Origin: a candidate division FCPU426 bacterium
GTDB lineage: Bacteria; Oederibacteriota; Muellerivitia; Muellerivitales; Muellerivitaceae
DNA length: 64,000 nucleotides
NCBI GenBank assembly: GCA_963719085.1
Contig: CAVRAL010000004.1
Coordinates: forward strand, 512,001 to 576,000
Direction of reading: 5' to 3'
Shown here: one piece after another, positions 10,133 through 19,920 of the stretch
Numbering within the stretch: the first letter of the stretch is position 1
How the letters are laid out: each line of letters opens with the position of its first letter
Translations under genes and position numbers: made by a program
The notes under the pieces: generated by a model
Databases searched by the model: none
What the model saw: only the letters and a program-made list of their open reading frames with translations
Told to the model about the DNA's origin: nothing

Positions 10133-12046
10133 ATGAGAAAAAAATTCGCCGCGCTGTCCGGCTTGGTAATTCTGGCGGGAATCTTCCTGCCGCATCTGGC
10201 TTGTAAAAGTAACTCCGTCGTCCCTATTTCACCCGGCGGACAGGGATATAGCCTGAAATTCACCGCGGTCGTCTCGAGCGAGTTGAAGGCCAAACTCTTG
10301 GGTTCCTCCGCCAATCAAATCCTTTACCGGATCACGGGTCCCAGTATCTCTCCGGTCTCCGGATCGACCACTCCCTTCGGAACCGCCGGGAACTCGGGTG
10401 AAATTTCATTTTCGATTTCAGCTCCCCAAGGGGAAGGCGAATTGTTGGCCTTTGAAATCACCAGCGCGCTCGACAACCAACCGCTGGCCGTCGGCGCCGT
10501 CCAAGCCGATGTGGAGCCGGGCGTCAGCGACCTGTCGGTCACCATGGGAACCCTGGTCAGCCCCTGCTATACCGTCGATACCTCTTCCCTCGGCGGGAAC
10601 GCCTATGTCAATTTCCAACAGGACGTGGTGGAAGCGGGAGCTCCCACCGGCGTGGCCGCCGACCTTAAGGTTTCCGCGGTTCCTTCGGGCTCGGTCACCT
10701 ATTACACCTTTACCCCCCAAAACGGGAACGTCATGAAGTTCATGGGAAGCAAAGACATCGTTAATTACGCCGCCATCCCGGAAACCTTTCCGCTGACCGG
10801 CGCCTCGGGCCACCTGGCGGCCGGCGATGTTTATTGCCTGCAAATTCCTTCCACCGTCGTCAGCGCCCACGATTACGTTTGGATCCGGGTGATCAATCCC
10901 AACCAAACCTTCGGCCCCAATGCCCCCGTTACCCAGGGCCCCTTGTTCAGCTTCCGGGTCAGCAACTTACCTTATTTCGGCTATTATCAAACCACGGCGG
11001 ACCTGGCCTCGAATTGCTACGCGCCCCCTCCCACGCCGACTCCGGCCGGCGTCTCGGGCTCGGGCAGCGTAACGGATTTCGCGGGCTCGGGTCAAAAAGG
11101 CGCTTTGAACAGCACGGCCCTTTCATCCTCGTTCAATTACCCCAGCGGCTTGGCCGTGGACGGCGAAGGCGACTTTTTCATCGCCGATACCGCCAATAAC
11201 CTCATCCGTGAAATTTCCCATACGGGTGTGGTCTCCACGCTGGCCGGCACGGGGCTCATTGGCTCTCAAGATGGACCCGGCGCCCAGGCTTCCTTCTCCC
11301 TGCCTTACGGCATCGCCGTAGACACGGCCGGAACTGAGGTTTTCGTGGCCGACACCTGTAACAGTGAAATCCGGGTCATTGATGTCGCCACGGGGGCCGT
11401 CACCACTCTGGCCGGCGCCGTGAGCCAAACCGGCTTGGTGAACTCGACGGACTATTTCACGGCGCGCTTCAACCATCCCGTGGGCATCGCGTTTGACAGC
11501 ACGAATCAAGTTCTTTACGTGGCCGACTCCGGCAACAACGTCATCCGCACGGTGAGCGCCGCCGGCGTCACCACCTTCGCGGGGACGGGAACGGCCGGCG
11601 CGGGTGAAGGCGCGGCCCTTTCCGCCCAGTTCCACGCTCCCGTGGGAGTCGCGCTGGACGGTTCCGGAAATGTGTTTGTCTCCGACGGCTTGAACCGGGA
11701 AATCCGAGTCATCACGGGCGGGACGGTTTCCACGGTGGCCGGGACCGCGGGCGTTTCGGGCTTTGGCAACGGATCCCTGGGACAAGGCAACTCGCTCTTC
11801 GCCCTGCCCGTCCAAATGGCCGCGGACGGATCCGGCAACCTCTTCGTGGTCGACACCGCCAACAACGTCGTCCGTGAGATCAACTCCGGCGGGGTTGGAA
11901 CCCTGGCGGGAACCGGGGCCGTGGGTTCGTCTAATGGAGCGGCCGCTTTGGCCACCTTCAACTATCCGGAAGGCCTGGCGTTCTATAACGGCGATGTTTA
12001 CGTGACGGACACCAACAACTTGAAAATTCGAAAAATCACGCCTTAA
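10133..12046 (+). CDS. NHL-repeat (beta-propeller) lipoprotein
   Basis: ATG at 10133; lipobox HLAC; six repeats of FxxPxGxAxD...VADTxNxxIR. Confidence 0.88.
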   Translation: MRKKFAALSGLVILAGIFLPHLACKSNSVVPISPGGQGYSLKFTAVVSSELKAKLLGSSANQILYRITGPSISPVSGSTTPFGTAGNSGEISFSISAPQGEGELLAFEITSALDNQPLAVGAVQADVEPGVSDLSVTMGTLVSPCYTVDTSSLGGNAYVNFQQDVVEAGAPTGVAADLKVSAVPSGSVTYYTFTPQNGNVMKFMGSKDIVNYAAIPETFPLTGASGHLAAGDVYCLQIPSTVVSAHDYVWIRVINPNQTFGPNAPVTQGPLFSFRVSNLPYFGYYQTTADLASNCYAPPPTPTPAGVSGSGSVTDFAGSGQKGALNSTALSSSFNYPSGLAVDGEGDFFIADTANNLIREISHTGVVSTLAGTGLIGSQDGPGAQASFSLPYGIAVDTAGTEVFVADTCNSEIRVIDVATGAVTTLAGAVSQTGLVNSTDYFTARFNHPVGIAFDSTNQVLYVADSGNNVIRTVSAAGVTTFAGTGTAGAGEGAALSAQFHAPVGVALDGSGNVFVSDGLNREIRVITGGTVSTVAGTAGVSGFGNGSLGQGNSLFALPVQMAADGSGNLFVVDTANNVVREINSGGVGTLAGTGAVGSSNGAAALATFNYPEGLAFYNGDVYVTDTNNLKIRKITP

Positions 12047-12066
12047 CCTTTTCTCACGGTTTCCTC

Positions 12067-12102
12067 AAAAGCCCTTCGGCCATTCGGCCGGAGGGCTTTT
12101 TT
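12067..12102 (+). terminator. Rho-independent terminator
   Basis: AAAAGCCCTTCGGCC-ATTC-GGCCGGAGGGCTTTTTT. Confidence 0.85.
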
Positions 12103-12143
12103 ATTTGGGGCGGTTTGGATGCCCCACTGGCCATCCTGGGCAA

Positions 12144-12273
12144 GGCAAAGCCCATTGAGACATTGATAAAAGCCGATAAAGACGGATTAATGTTTTTCTA
12201 ATATCGGCCTTCATCAATATTTACCATTGTTCCAAAAGCCGATTTTTTTGACTTCTTTATCAAAGACATGGTT
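12144..12273 (+). repeat. Copy A (diverged) of a ~150-bp imperfect palindromic intergenic element
   Basis: Aligns almost without gaps to copies B and C: GCAAAGCCCATTGAGACATTG...CATTGTTCCAAAAG...CTTTATCAAAGACATGGTT. Confidence 0.7.
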
Positions 12274-12355
12274 GGGTTTTGTTTTTGGATGACGTTCAGG
12301 CCCAAACAAGCGAAAATAAACCAACCGTATCCATTCCATCCCTTGAGGAACCCCT

Positions 12356-14395
12356 TTGACCGAAACCACGCATTTCCTTCAAGACCTGGCGATGGTACTT
12401 TGCGTGGCCGCCGTGACCACGTTGATCTTTCAACGTTTGCGCCAGCCGCCGGTCTTGGGCTATCTTTTGGCCGGGCTCATCCTGGGGCCCCACGTCAATC
12501 TGCCCCTCTATGCCGACGAAAATACCGTCCGCACCCTGGCCAGCTTGGGCGTCATCCTGGTCATGTTTTCCATCGGATTGACCTTCACCATTGAGCGCTT
12601 AATCCGGGTTTTGCCCACCGCGGGGCTTACGCTCATTTTGGAAGTGGGCGTCATGATTTGGCTCGGCTATATGGCGGCCCTTTTCATGGGCTGGACTCCT
12701 TTGGAAGGCGTCTTCACGGGCGCCATGTTGTCCATTTCCAGCACCATGATCTCCTCCAAAGCGCTGGCGGACCAAAAAGCCGACGAGAAACTCACCCGAA
12801 CCGTGGTGAATGTTTTGGTGCTTCAAGACTTGGCCGCGGTTTTGTTGGTGGCCGTTCTGACGCCCATGGCCCGGGGCGCGAAACTTTCCTTGAGCGCGCT
12901 CGTCACCACCAGCGGCACCCTCTTGGCATTCTTAGGCGTTCTTTTTGTGGTGGGCTATCTCATCATTCCCCGGCTTATCCGGCTGGCGCTCAAACTGCGC
13001 AACCCGGAGACCCTTTTGGTGACGGCCGTGGGCATTTGTTTCGCCATGGCGCTCATCGCCGAAAAGGGCGGCTATTCGGTGGCCTTGGGCGCGTTTTTAG
13101 CGGGCATGCTGGTGGCCGAGTCCGGCGCCACCACGACCTTGGAGCGGCTCATCCATCCGATCCGGGATATGTTCGCCGCCATCTTTTTCGTCGCCATCGG
13201 CATGTTGGTGGATCCCCAAACCCTTTTAATCCATTGGCGCGCGGTGGTCTTTTTAACCCTTTTGGTCATTGGGGGACAAATGATCAGCGTGGCGCTGGGC
13301 GCTTTTTTAAGCGGCCGGCCCGTGCGAACCGCCATTCAAGCGGGCATGAGCCTGGCCCAAATCGGGGAGTTTTCCTTCATCATCGCCCAGGTGGGCACCG
13401 CCACCGGCGCCATCAGCGGTTTTCTTTACGACGTGGCGGTGGCCGTCTCCGTGGTCACGGCCTTCACCACGCCTTGGCTGATCCGCGCTTCCGGGCCCGT
13501 GTCCCAATGGGTGGACAATCACCTGCCCGCGCCGCTTCAAACCTTCGCGGCCCTTTACGGCTCCTGGCTGGAAGCCCTGCGGTCCGATAAACAGGAAAAA
13601 TCCATTTACGCCAAGGCCTGGCAGTTGGTCGGCATCCTGCTGGTGGACCTTTTGTGCCTGATCATCATTGTGATCACCACGGCCTCCACGGTGAAGCGCT
13701 GGCTGCCCCAATTGGAAAGTCTTTTCCACATCCCCCCCGAATGGGGCAAGGTGGTTTTGATCAGCTCGGGGTTTATTTTGGCCATTCCCTTTTCGGCGGG
13801 CATTTTCCGATGCGCTAAAAATTTAGGCGGCGTCCTGGCCGCGGCGGCCATCCCACCCGTGGAAGAGGGCATGGTGGACCTGGGGCTGGCCCCGCGCAAA
13901 CTTTTGACCGTCACGCTTCAACTGGGCATCGTTTTCGCCGTGGGCGTTCCCTTGCTGGCCTTGACCCAGCCTTTTCTTCCCTTCGGTACCGTGACCTTTT
14001 TGCTCTTCGCCCTTTTGGCGGTTCTGGGCTTCGTCTTTTGGAAAAGCGCCATCAATCTGCAGGACCACGTCCACGCCGGAGCCCAGATGGTCACCGACGC
14101 CTTGACCCACCATGCCGAGGACCGCAGTGAGGCCTTTTATGAGCAGATGAACGCCTTTGTGCCGGGTTTGGGAAGCCCCACGCCGGTCACCGTGGGAGAC
14201 CATAGCCCGGCCGCCGGAAGGACCTTGCTGGAGATGAACCTTCGCAACCGCACCGGCGTGGGCGTGATCGCCATCATGCGGGGCAAAGAACGCATCCTGA
14301 TGCCGCCGCCCCGGGAAATTTTGCAAAGCGGCGACACCCTCATTTTGGTGGGCACCCAACAGGGCCTCCAAAACGCGAAGTCTCTGCTTTCTTGA
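12356..14395 (+). CDS. CPA2-family cation:proton antiporter with C-terminal TrkA-C domain
   Basis: PPVLGYLLAG, SISST, LGAFLAG, QIGEFSFII; C-terminal GRTLLEMNLR...GDTLILVG. Confidence 0.92.
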   Translation: MTETTHFLQDLAMVLCVAAVTTLIFQRLRQPPVLGYLLAGLILGPHVNLPLYADENTVRTLASLGVILVMFSIGLTFTIERLIRVLPTAGLTLILEVGVMIWLGYMAALFMGWTPLEGVFTGAMLSISSTMISSKALADQKADEKLTRTVVNVLVLQDLAAVLLVAVLTPMARGAKLSLSALVTTSGTLLAFLGVLFVVGYLIIPRLIRLALKLRNPETLLVTAVGICFAMALIAEKGGYSVALGAFLAGMLVAESGATTTLERLIHPIRDMFAAIFFVAIGMLVDPQTLLIHWRAVVFLTLLVIGGQMISVALGAFLSGRPVRTAIQAGMSLAQIGEFSFIIAQVGTATGAISGFLYDVAVAVSVVTAFTTPWLIRASGPVSQWVDNHLPAPLQTFAALYGSWLEALRSDKQEKSIYAKAWQLVGILLVDLLCLIIIVITTASTVKRWLPQLESLFHIPPEWGKVVLISSGFILAIPFSAGIFRCAKNLGGVLAAAAIPPVEEGMVDLGLAPRKLLTVTLQLGIVFAVGVPLLALTQPFLPFGTVTFLLFALLAVLGFVFWKSAINLQDHVHAGAQMVTDALTHHAEDRSEAFYEQMNAFVPGLGSPTPVTVGDHSPAAGRTLLEMNLRNRTGVGVIAIMRGKERILMPPPREILQSGDTLILVGTQQGLQNAKSLLS

Positions 14396-14462
14396 CAAAA
14401 CGCTACTCCGCGGCGTTCGCCTACCGTAGAATAAAAAACCTTTACTCTTGAGGAAGCCGATT

Positions 14463-15473
14463 ATGTACTCGCTTTTAAAACCTTTGCTTTTCACCTTGGA
14501 ACCCGAGGCCGCCCACTCGCTGGCGCTCGCCTCGCTTCGCTTGAGCGAGCCTTTGCTTCCCTTGTTTTCACCCGGACTTCGGGTAAGCGACCCCTCGTTG
14601 GAAAAGACGGTCTTTGGTTTAAAATTCCCCAATCCCATCGGCCTGGCCGCCGGGCTCGATAAAAAAGCCGCCTTGACGCCGGTCTGGGAAAAAATCGGCT
14701 TTGGATTCGCCGAACTGGGAACCTTTACCGCCCAGGCCCAGCCGGGCAATCCCAAACCCCGGGTTTTCCGCCTTCCGGCCCCAAAAGCGCTCATCAACCG
14801 CATGGGCTTCCCCAATCCGGGAGCCAAAGCCGTCGCCAAGCGTTTAAAACATTTAAAAGAAAGCGGCCGGTGGCCCCAAAGCCCCGTGGGCATCAATTTG
14901 GGCAAGAGCAAGATCACGGCCTTGGAAAACGCGGTGGAAGACTATTTGGAATCCCTTGAGGAGTTGGGGCCCTATGCCGATTACTTGGCGGTCAATGTCA
15001 GCTCGCCCAATACGCCGGGCCTTCGGAAATTGCAGGAAGCCAAACCCCTGAAGGCCTTGCTGAGGGCCTTTGTCCGCGGCGCCAAGGGGAAGCCCGTCCT
15101 GTTGAAACTGGCGCCGGACCTGCAGGGAAAGCCGCTCAAAGAAGCCGCCGATATCGCGCTGAGCGCCGGCTGCGCGGGGCTGATCGCCACCAACACCACG
15201 ATTACGCGCATGAACCTTCCGGCGGGGGATTATCCGGTGGGCGGCCTTTCGGGCAGGCCTTTACGGGAAAAAGCGGATGAGGTCTTGCGGGAGTTGTCCA
15301 AATTCACCAAAGGCAAGTTTCCGCTGATCGGCGTGGGCGGCATTCTGAGCGCCGAGGATGTGCGGCGTAAGTTCGAGGCAGGCGCGTCGCTGGTGCAGAT
15401 TTATACGGGCTATATCTACGAGGGGCCGGGCTTTCCCGCCCGCCTTTGCCGGGAATTGCTAAAGTCTTCCTAG
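14463..15473 (+). CDS. pyrD: Quinone-dependent dihydroorotate dehydrogenase
   Basis: NPIGLAAGLDK, INRMGFPN, NVSSPNTPGLR, KLAPD, TNTT, GGLSG. ATG at 14463 follows GAGG. Confidence 0.96.
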   Translation: MYSLLKPLLFTLEPEAAHSLALASLRLSEPLLPLFSPGLRVSDPSLEKTVFGLKFPNPIGLAAGLDKKAALTPVWEKIGFGFAELGTFTAQAQPGNPKPRVFRLPAPKALINRMGFPNPGAKAVAKRLKHLKESGRWPQSPVGINLGKSKITALENAVEDYLESLEELGPYADYLAVNVSSPNTPGLRKLQEAKPLKALLRAFVRGAKGKPVLLKLAPDLQGKPLKEAADIALSAGCAGLIATNTTITRMNLPAGDYPVGGLSGRPLREKADEVLRELSKFTKGKFPLIGVGGILSAEDVRRKFEAGASLVQIYTGYIYEGPGFPARLCRELLKSS

Positions 15474-15511
15474 ACTTCAGCGCAAAAAGTTAAGTCGCCA
15501 AACTAAAGCAA

Positions 15512-15610
15512 TTTCACCACCAAGTTCACCAAGAGCGCCAAAAAGGCTAGAGAACATCGTTGTAAAATCCGGTCTTTGTTTTATGTTTCTTGGTGAACTT
15601 GGTGGTTAAA
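15512..15610. repeat. REP-like inverted repeat with tandem CACCAAG units
   Basis: TTTCACCACCAAGTTCACCAAGA ... TCTTGGTGAACTTGGTGGTTAAA, between convergent genes. Confidence 0.8.
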
Positions 15611-15621
15611 ACATCTTTTTT

Positions 15622-16707
15622 CTAAGTGGTTTGGGTTTTGCTTTGGGCGGCTTTTACTTTTTTCCCCGCCTGATATTCCGTCGTTTCTTTCCAAAGCCGG
15701 CCCAACGCGTCGATCAATCCCTTGCGCAGGGTCAAATGGTAGGAACTGTCCGCCGGGAGCTCCTTTAAAAAGCGCCGATGGGCCTTTCCCAGATTGTGGT
15801 AAGGCATGCCGGGAAACAAATGGTGTACGGCGTGGAAACGCAGCCCCACGGGCGCCCAAAGCGGAGTAACCCAAATTACGCCCGGAACCGTCACCGAATC
15901 CAAAAACTGCTCGGAAAATTCAAGCACATGGTCCGCCGGATTGCGGTAGCAATGGGCCACCAGGGTGCGCACTCCGTTCACGAAAAGAATGCTTCCCGCC
16001 ACCGCGTACCAGACCCAAAAAGCTTTCCAGGGCAGGATGCCTTTCCATAAAAGAACCGCGCCCGCCAGCGCGTAAAGAAAGGTAAAAAATTCCTGCCATT
16101 TCCACCACCGGCCGTCCCGGTCAGTCGGATCGGGGCGGATATAAGTGGAATCAATGACCAGGGATGAGACTCTTTGCCACAAAAGCCTGCGCAAGGGCGG
16201 AAGAATATAGGAAAGGGGCGTTAAAACCAAAAACCGGAAGGCCACGAAAACCGGCGCCGCCGCCATCATGACGAGGAACAAAACAATTCGAAAACGGCCC
16301 ACAATGACAAAGGGAAGGTACTCGCCGTCTTCCTGGGTGCCGTAAAGCTTTTGTTTGTGATGGTCGATATGCACGCCCATATAGGTGAAGGACGGCACCA
16401 TGAGGGGAAATCCGCAAAGCAGGTTCCAAACCACATGGAAAACCGGAAAACTGTCCTTTTTCAAATGGGCTAACTCATGGATAAAGATAACCGCCCGGTA
16501 CAGCCCTAGGACCGCCAGTAGGAAGGCCGCGATTTGAGGAAACGACCCCGTGGGCAGCAAGACCACCGCGGCCAAGGCCGCCCACCCCACCAGGGCGTTC
16601 AATAAAAAATCGGCCCAATAAATTTTCGGATTGGGCTCAAACAAATCCTCGACAATTTTTTTGGCCTCAGCCATGGAAAAAGTACGGACGGAATCAGGCA
16701 TGCGCAT
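15622..16707 (-). CDS. Fatty acid desaturase family protein
   Basis: His boxes HELAH, HIDHH and HAVHHLFP. Confidence 0.9.
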   Translation of the reverse strand: MRMPDSVRTFSMAEAKKIVEDLFEPNPKIYWADFLLNALVGWAALAAVVLLPTGSFPQIAAFLLAVLGLYRAVIFIHELAHLKKDSFPVFHVVWNLLCGFPLMVPSFTYMGVHIDHHKQKLYGTQEDGEYLPFVIVGRFRIVLFLVMMAAAPVFVAFRFLVLTPLSYILPPLRRLLWQRVSSLVIDSTYIRPDPTDRDGRWWKWQEFFTFLYALAGAVLLWKGILPWKAFWVWYAVAGSILFVNGVRTLVAHCYRNPADHVLEFSEQFLDSVTVPGVIWVTPLWAPVGLRFHAVHHLFPGMPYHNLGKAHRRFLKELPADSSYHLTLRKGLIDALGRLWKETTEYQAGKKVKAAQSKTQTT

Positions 16708-16850
16708 CCTTTAAGGGTTACAAAAAATGACGGCGGGAAGCCGGTTCAAAACCAGACGGCGAGTTTACCGGAATTTCCGTCCGGAGGGAAGATGCCCGCT
16801 TGGGGCGGAAAAGGCCGTTTTTTAAGCGGGTTCGGATCCTATCCTTTTTC

Positions 16851-16877
16851 CGTAACCCCCCTGTCGATTTTTCGATA
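16851..16877 (+). promoter_or_regulatory. ECF (SigF/NrsF-type) autoregulatory promoter
   Basis: CGTAACC-N15-CGATA. Same motif and spacing at 18141. Confidence 0.7.
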
Positions 16878-16903
16878 TTGAGCGGCATGAGGAATTCCAA
16901 CCC

Positions 16904-17449
16904 TTGGACTTAAACGATCCCCAATGGCAGCATTGGGCCCGTCTCATGGCCCGCGTCCAGGAAGGCGATGGCGATGCCTATGAAAGGCTTTTGTCCGAAA
17001 TCAGCCCCCTGCTTTTCGCCTATGTACGCCGCCGGGTGTTTAACCCGCAGCAGGTGGAGGATGTTTATCAGGAAGTGCTTTTGACCTTTCATAAGGCCCG
17101 CCATACCTACCAACCGGACCGGCCCTTGGGGCCGTGGTTTTTCGCCGTGGCCCGGAACTCGATTTTGACGGCCCTGGGAAAAAACCGGAAGTTTGTGGAG
17201 CGGGAAATCGCCCTGGAAAATCTCCCCGAAACCCCCACCGAGGAAACCGACGGGGGATTGGAGGACTCGCTGTATCACGCCCTCCGGGCCCTGCCGAAAG
17301 CCAACCGCCAGGCGGTGGAGATGTTGAAATTAAAAGGGATGGACCTGGAAAGCGCTTCCAAAGCCATCGGCATTTCCAAGGTGGCCCTCAAGGTGCGGGC
17401 GCACCGGGGCTATGTCCTGCTTCGAAAAATATTGTTGGAGCGAAATTGA
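16904..17449 (+). CDS. ECF RNA polymerase sigma factor (SigF-like)
   Basis: LMARVQEGDGDAYERLL, EDVYQE, HTYQPDRP, KVRAHRG. Confidence 0.92.
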   Translation: MDLNDPQWQHWARLMARVQEGDGDAYERLLSEISPLLFAYVRRRVFNPQQVEDVYQEVLLTFHKARHTYQPDRPLGPWFFAVARNSILTALGKNRKFVEREIALENLPETPTEETDGGLEDSLYHALRALPKANRQAVEMLKLKGMDLESASKAIGISKVALKVRAHRGYVLLRKILLERN

Positions 17450-17451
17450 CC

Positions 17452-18123
17452 ATGCCCGAAAAAACAATCCACCCCCCAAACGCCGCGCTGCTGGAGGATC
17501 TGACCCGGTCGATGGGTCCCCGGCGGCGCTCGCCTTCGGTCCTGCGCCAATGGCTGATCTGGCTGGTTCTCGCCCTGGCGATGGCCTCGGGCGCCCTCGG
17601 GCTGATCCATCCCCAGCCGGATTTAAGCGAACGCCTGCGCGACCCGGGCTCGGCCCTTTTCCTGGCCCTCGCCTTTTTGAGTTCCGCCCTGGCGGCCTGG
17701 ATCGGCATCGCCTCCAGCATGCCGGGAGCCGAGGCGGGAAAACGCCTCCAATGGCTGTTGGCGGCTTTACTAATTTTTTTGTTCGCCATGCCCTTTTTAT
17801 TTTTCCCCCGGGATAGCCTTCAAGCCGTGATGGACCACGGCCGGGAGTCCCATTGGTTTTGCGTCAAGTCCATGGTGGGAACGGCCTTTTGGCCTTGGAT
17901 CGCCGTGGGTTGGATGGTTTCCCGTAACGCGTCCTTCCGGCCCGGCTGGACCGGGGCTTGGCTGGGCCTTTCCGCTTTTCTCTTGGGTACGGGTACGGTG
18001 CAGCTCCATTGCTCCCATTGGGAATGCTGCCACATGCTGCTCAATCACTTGCTGCCCATGGTGGTTTTTCTTTTCATCCCCATTTGGGCCGGGACCTATT
18101 GGTTCTCCCGCTGGACGCGCTAA
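17452..18123 (+). CDS. NrsF-family membrane anti-sigma factor
   Basis: ATG at 17452 just after the sigma stop; about 6 TM helices; conserved Cys (WFC, LHC...H). Confidence 0.8.
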   Translation: MPEKTIHPPNAALLEDLTRSMGPRRRSPSVLRQWLIWLVLALAMASGALGLIHPQPDLSERLRDPGSALFLALAFLSSALAAWIGIASSMPGAEAGKRLQWLLAALLIFLFAMPFLFFPRDSLQAVMDHGRESHWFCVKSMVGTAFWPWIAVGWMVSRNASFRPGWTGAWLGLSAFLLGTGTVQLHCSHWECCHMLLNHLLPMVVFLFIPIWAGTYWFSRWTR

Positions 18124-18140
18124 AAAATTTCCGCGGTTTT

Positions 18141-18167
18141 CGTAACCCGGCCACCGGGCTTCCGGTA
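18141..18167 (+). promoter_or_regulatory. Second ECF (SigF-type) promoter
   Basis: CGTAACC-N15-CGGTA, upstream of the 18218 gene. Confidence 0.7.
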
Positions 18168-18217
18168 TCCAGCGAGAGCACCCCTCAATCGGGTGTAAAA
18201 AAACGGAGGGACTCACG

Positions 18218-18661
18218 ATGAAAAAAATTTTAAGTTTACTGATGGGTTTGGCGCTGGTCATTTCAACCGCGCCGATTTTCGCCGCCGACGGCGGGCCGGT
18301 GACGAAAAAATACCTGGTGGCCTGCATGAAGTGCTTCGCCAAGCATGGAGCGGATCCGGCTTCCCACGCGGCCTGCGACATGAGTTGTTCCAAAATGGGA
18401 ACAGACTTGGGGTTATTGGATAAGGACAATAACGCTTTTATCCCGGTGGACGAGGACTTCAAACCCATCGGATCAAAATTCGCCTCCCAAGCGGGCCAGT
18501 GGGTGGAAGTCACGGGAACCGTGGTAAAAACCAAAGGGGTGACCTATCTGAAAATTTCATCGAAAAACGGGGATGGCACAGCCCTTAACGGCGCCGATAC
18601 GGCGGGTGGCGCCAGCGGTTTCCCTATGGATAAAGACGGGGATCGCGATGGGGATAAATAA
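18218..18661 (+). CDS. Secreted Cys/His-motif protein (possible metal-binding OB fold)
   Basis: RBS GGAGG; signal peptide; CMKCFAKH...HAACDMSC; GQWVEVTGTV. Confidence 0.7.
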   Translation: MKKILSLLMGLALVISTAPIFAADGGPVTKKYLVACMKCFAKHGADPASHAACDMSCSKMGTDLGLLDKDNNAFIPVDEDFKPIGSKFASQAGQWVEVTGTVVKTKGVTYLKISSKNGDGTALNGADTAGGASGFPMDKDGDRDGDK

Positions 18662-18690
18662 GCTTTGATTTAATCCCGGCCGCTCTTTTC

Positions 18691-18724
18691 AAAACCCCGG
18701 CTCCACGCCGGGGTTTTTGTTTTT
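18691..18724 (+). terminator. Rho-independent terminator
   Basis: AAAACCCCGGC-TCCAC-GCCGGGGTTTTTGTTTTT. Confidence 0.85.
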
Positions 18725-18951
18725 GGAGTCATTCCCTTCGCGAAGCAAGACCTGTTGAAACATTGGTGCCCCGGGATTCCATATCAAAGTCAAAGAGGCC
18801 CGGGACAATATCGCTTTCCCCTGACGGTTATATGGAAAAGCGATGCGGAAGCTGATAAGAGCCGATTTTTGTGTTTCCAGCATCCGTCTTCATCGGCCTT
18901 TATCCTTGTTTCAAAAGACGAGTCTTGCCTGCTTTGTCAAAGGCATGGTTC
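18723..18951 (+). repeat. Copy B of the palindromic element, carrying a ~78-nt two-hairpin insertion (about 18766-18844)
   Basis: First 43 nt are 39/43 identical to the reverse complement of 55338-55380. Similarity resumes at GCTGATAAG and runs to AAAGGCATGGTTC. Confidence 0.85.
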
Positions 18952-19044
18952 GATTTATTTTTACCGAATTTTTTCACTCCTTCCGAAAGACTTTCGGGTA
19001 TGGTAAACCGCCGGTGCCGTTAACCCATCCCGAAGGAATCGATC

Positions 19045-19890
19045 ATGTCCTTTCTTCAAATCGCGCTTTTAGCCCTGGTCCAGGGATTCGCCGAACTATT
19101 GCCGGTTTCCAGTTCCGCCCATGTGATTGTGGCGGAAAAGCTGATGGGACTTGACCCGACCCTTCCCGCCATGACCCTTCTGCTCGTGTTGCTCCACACC
19201 GGCACCATGCTGGCGGTTTTGGTTTATTTTTGGCCCGGATGGAAGGCCCGTTTCTTTAAGTCAAAAATCCAAACCTTCTCGTCCCTCGCCCAAATCACGG
19301 TGGCCACCGTGGGCACGGGCCTGACCGGTTTTTGTTTGATGGAACTGATCGAAAAAGTAATCTTAAAGGGAAGCTCCAAGGCCCAAGTCGAGGACCTGTT
19401 TGGAAATCTACCGCTCATGGCCGCCTCGCTGGCGGGCGCCGGAATCTTGATCCTGATCGCCGCCCGGGACGGGAAAACCAAAGCGAATGCCGCCCTAGAC
19501 AATCGGTCTTCTTTTATCATCGGCCTGGTCCAGGGCATCTGCCTGCCCTTCCGGGGTTTTTCCCGTTCCGGCGCCACCATTTCCACGGGTCTCCTTTTAG
19601 GCCTGCCGCGCCTCAGCGCCGAAGAATTCAGCTTTGCCCTGGCCGTCGTTCTGACGCCGCCGGTTATTTTAAAAGAAAGCCTTCGCCTTTATCGGGCCCA
19701 AGGCTTGTCCGGCCTTTCGCTCGCCGGCCTGGCGCCCGACCTATTGGGCATGGCATTGAGTTTCGCGGCGGGCCTGCTGGCCCTGAAATGGCTTTCGGAA
19801 TGGCTGAACCAGGGCCGTTGGGGTTGGTTCGGCTTTTATTGCCTCTTGGCTTCGGTCCTGGTTCTGAGCCTGTATTTCATGGGATACTAG
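19045..19890 (+). CDS. uppP: Undecaprenyl-diphosphate phosphatase (BacA)
   Basis: VQGFAELLPVSSSAH, LHTGT, GFSRSGATI, EFSF. Confidence 0.93.
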   Translation: MSFLQIALLALVQGFAELLPVSSSAHVIVAEKLMGLDPTLPAMTLLLVLLHTGTMLAVLVYFWPGWKARFFKSKIQTFSSLAQITVATVGTGLTGFCLMELIEKVILKGSSKAQVEDLFGNLPLMAASLAGAGILILIAARDGKTKANAALDNRSSFIIGLVQGICLPFRGFSRSGATISTGLLLGLPRLSAEEFSFALAVVLTPPVILKESLRLYRAQGLSGLSLAGLAPDLLGMALSFAAGLLALKWLSEWLNQGRWGWFGFYCLLASVLVLSLYFMGY

Positions 19891-19920
19891 CCCCCACTTC
19901 ACTGCTAAAGGCCCGCTTCC

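Noticed and set aside
12160..12220. Apparent inversion of the central segment of copy A (possible invertible switch)
   Set aside because: Copy A aligns co-linearly and ungapped with copy C. The apparent inversion comes from the internal palindromic 10-bp periodicity.
18755..19154. ORFs 18755-19006 and 18843-19154, and similar peptide 55218-55436 / the N-terminal extension of ald
   Set aside because: The shared peptide (ADKxRFLCFxHxSSSAFI) is a translation of the non-coding repeat. Starts and lengths differ between copies and there is no RBS.
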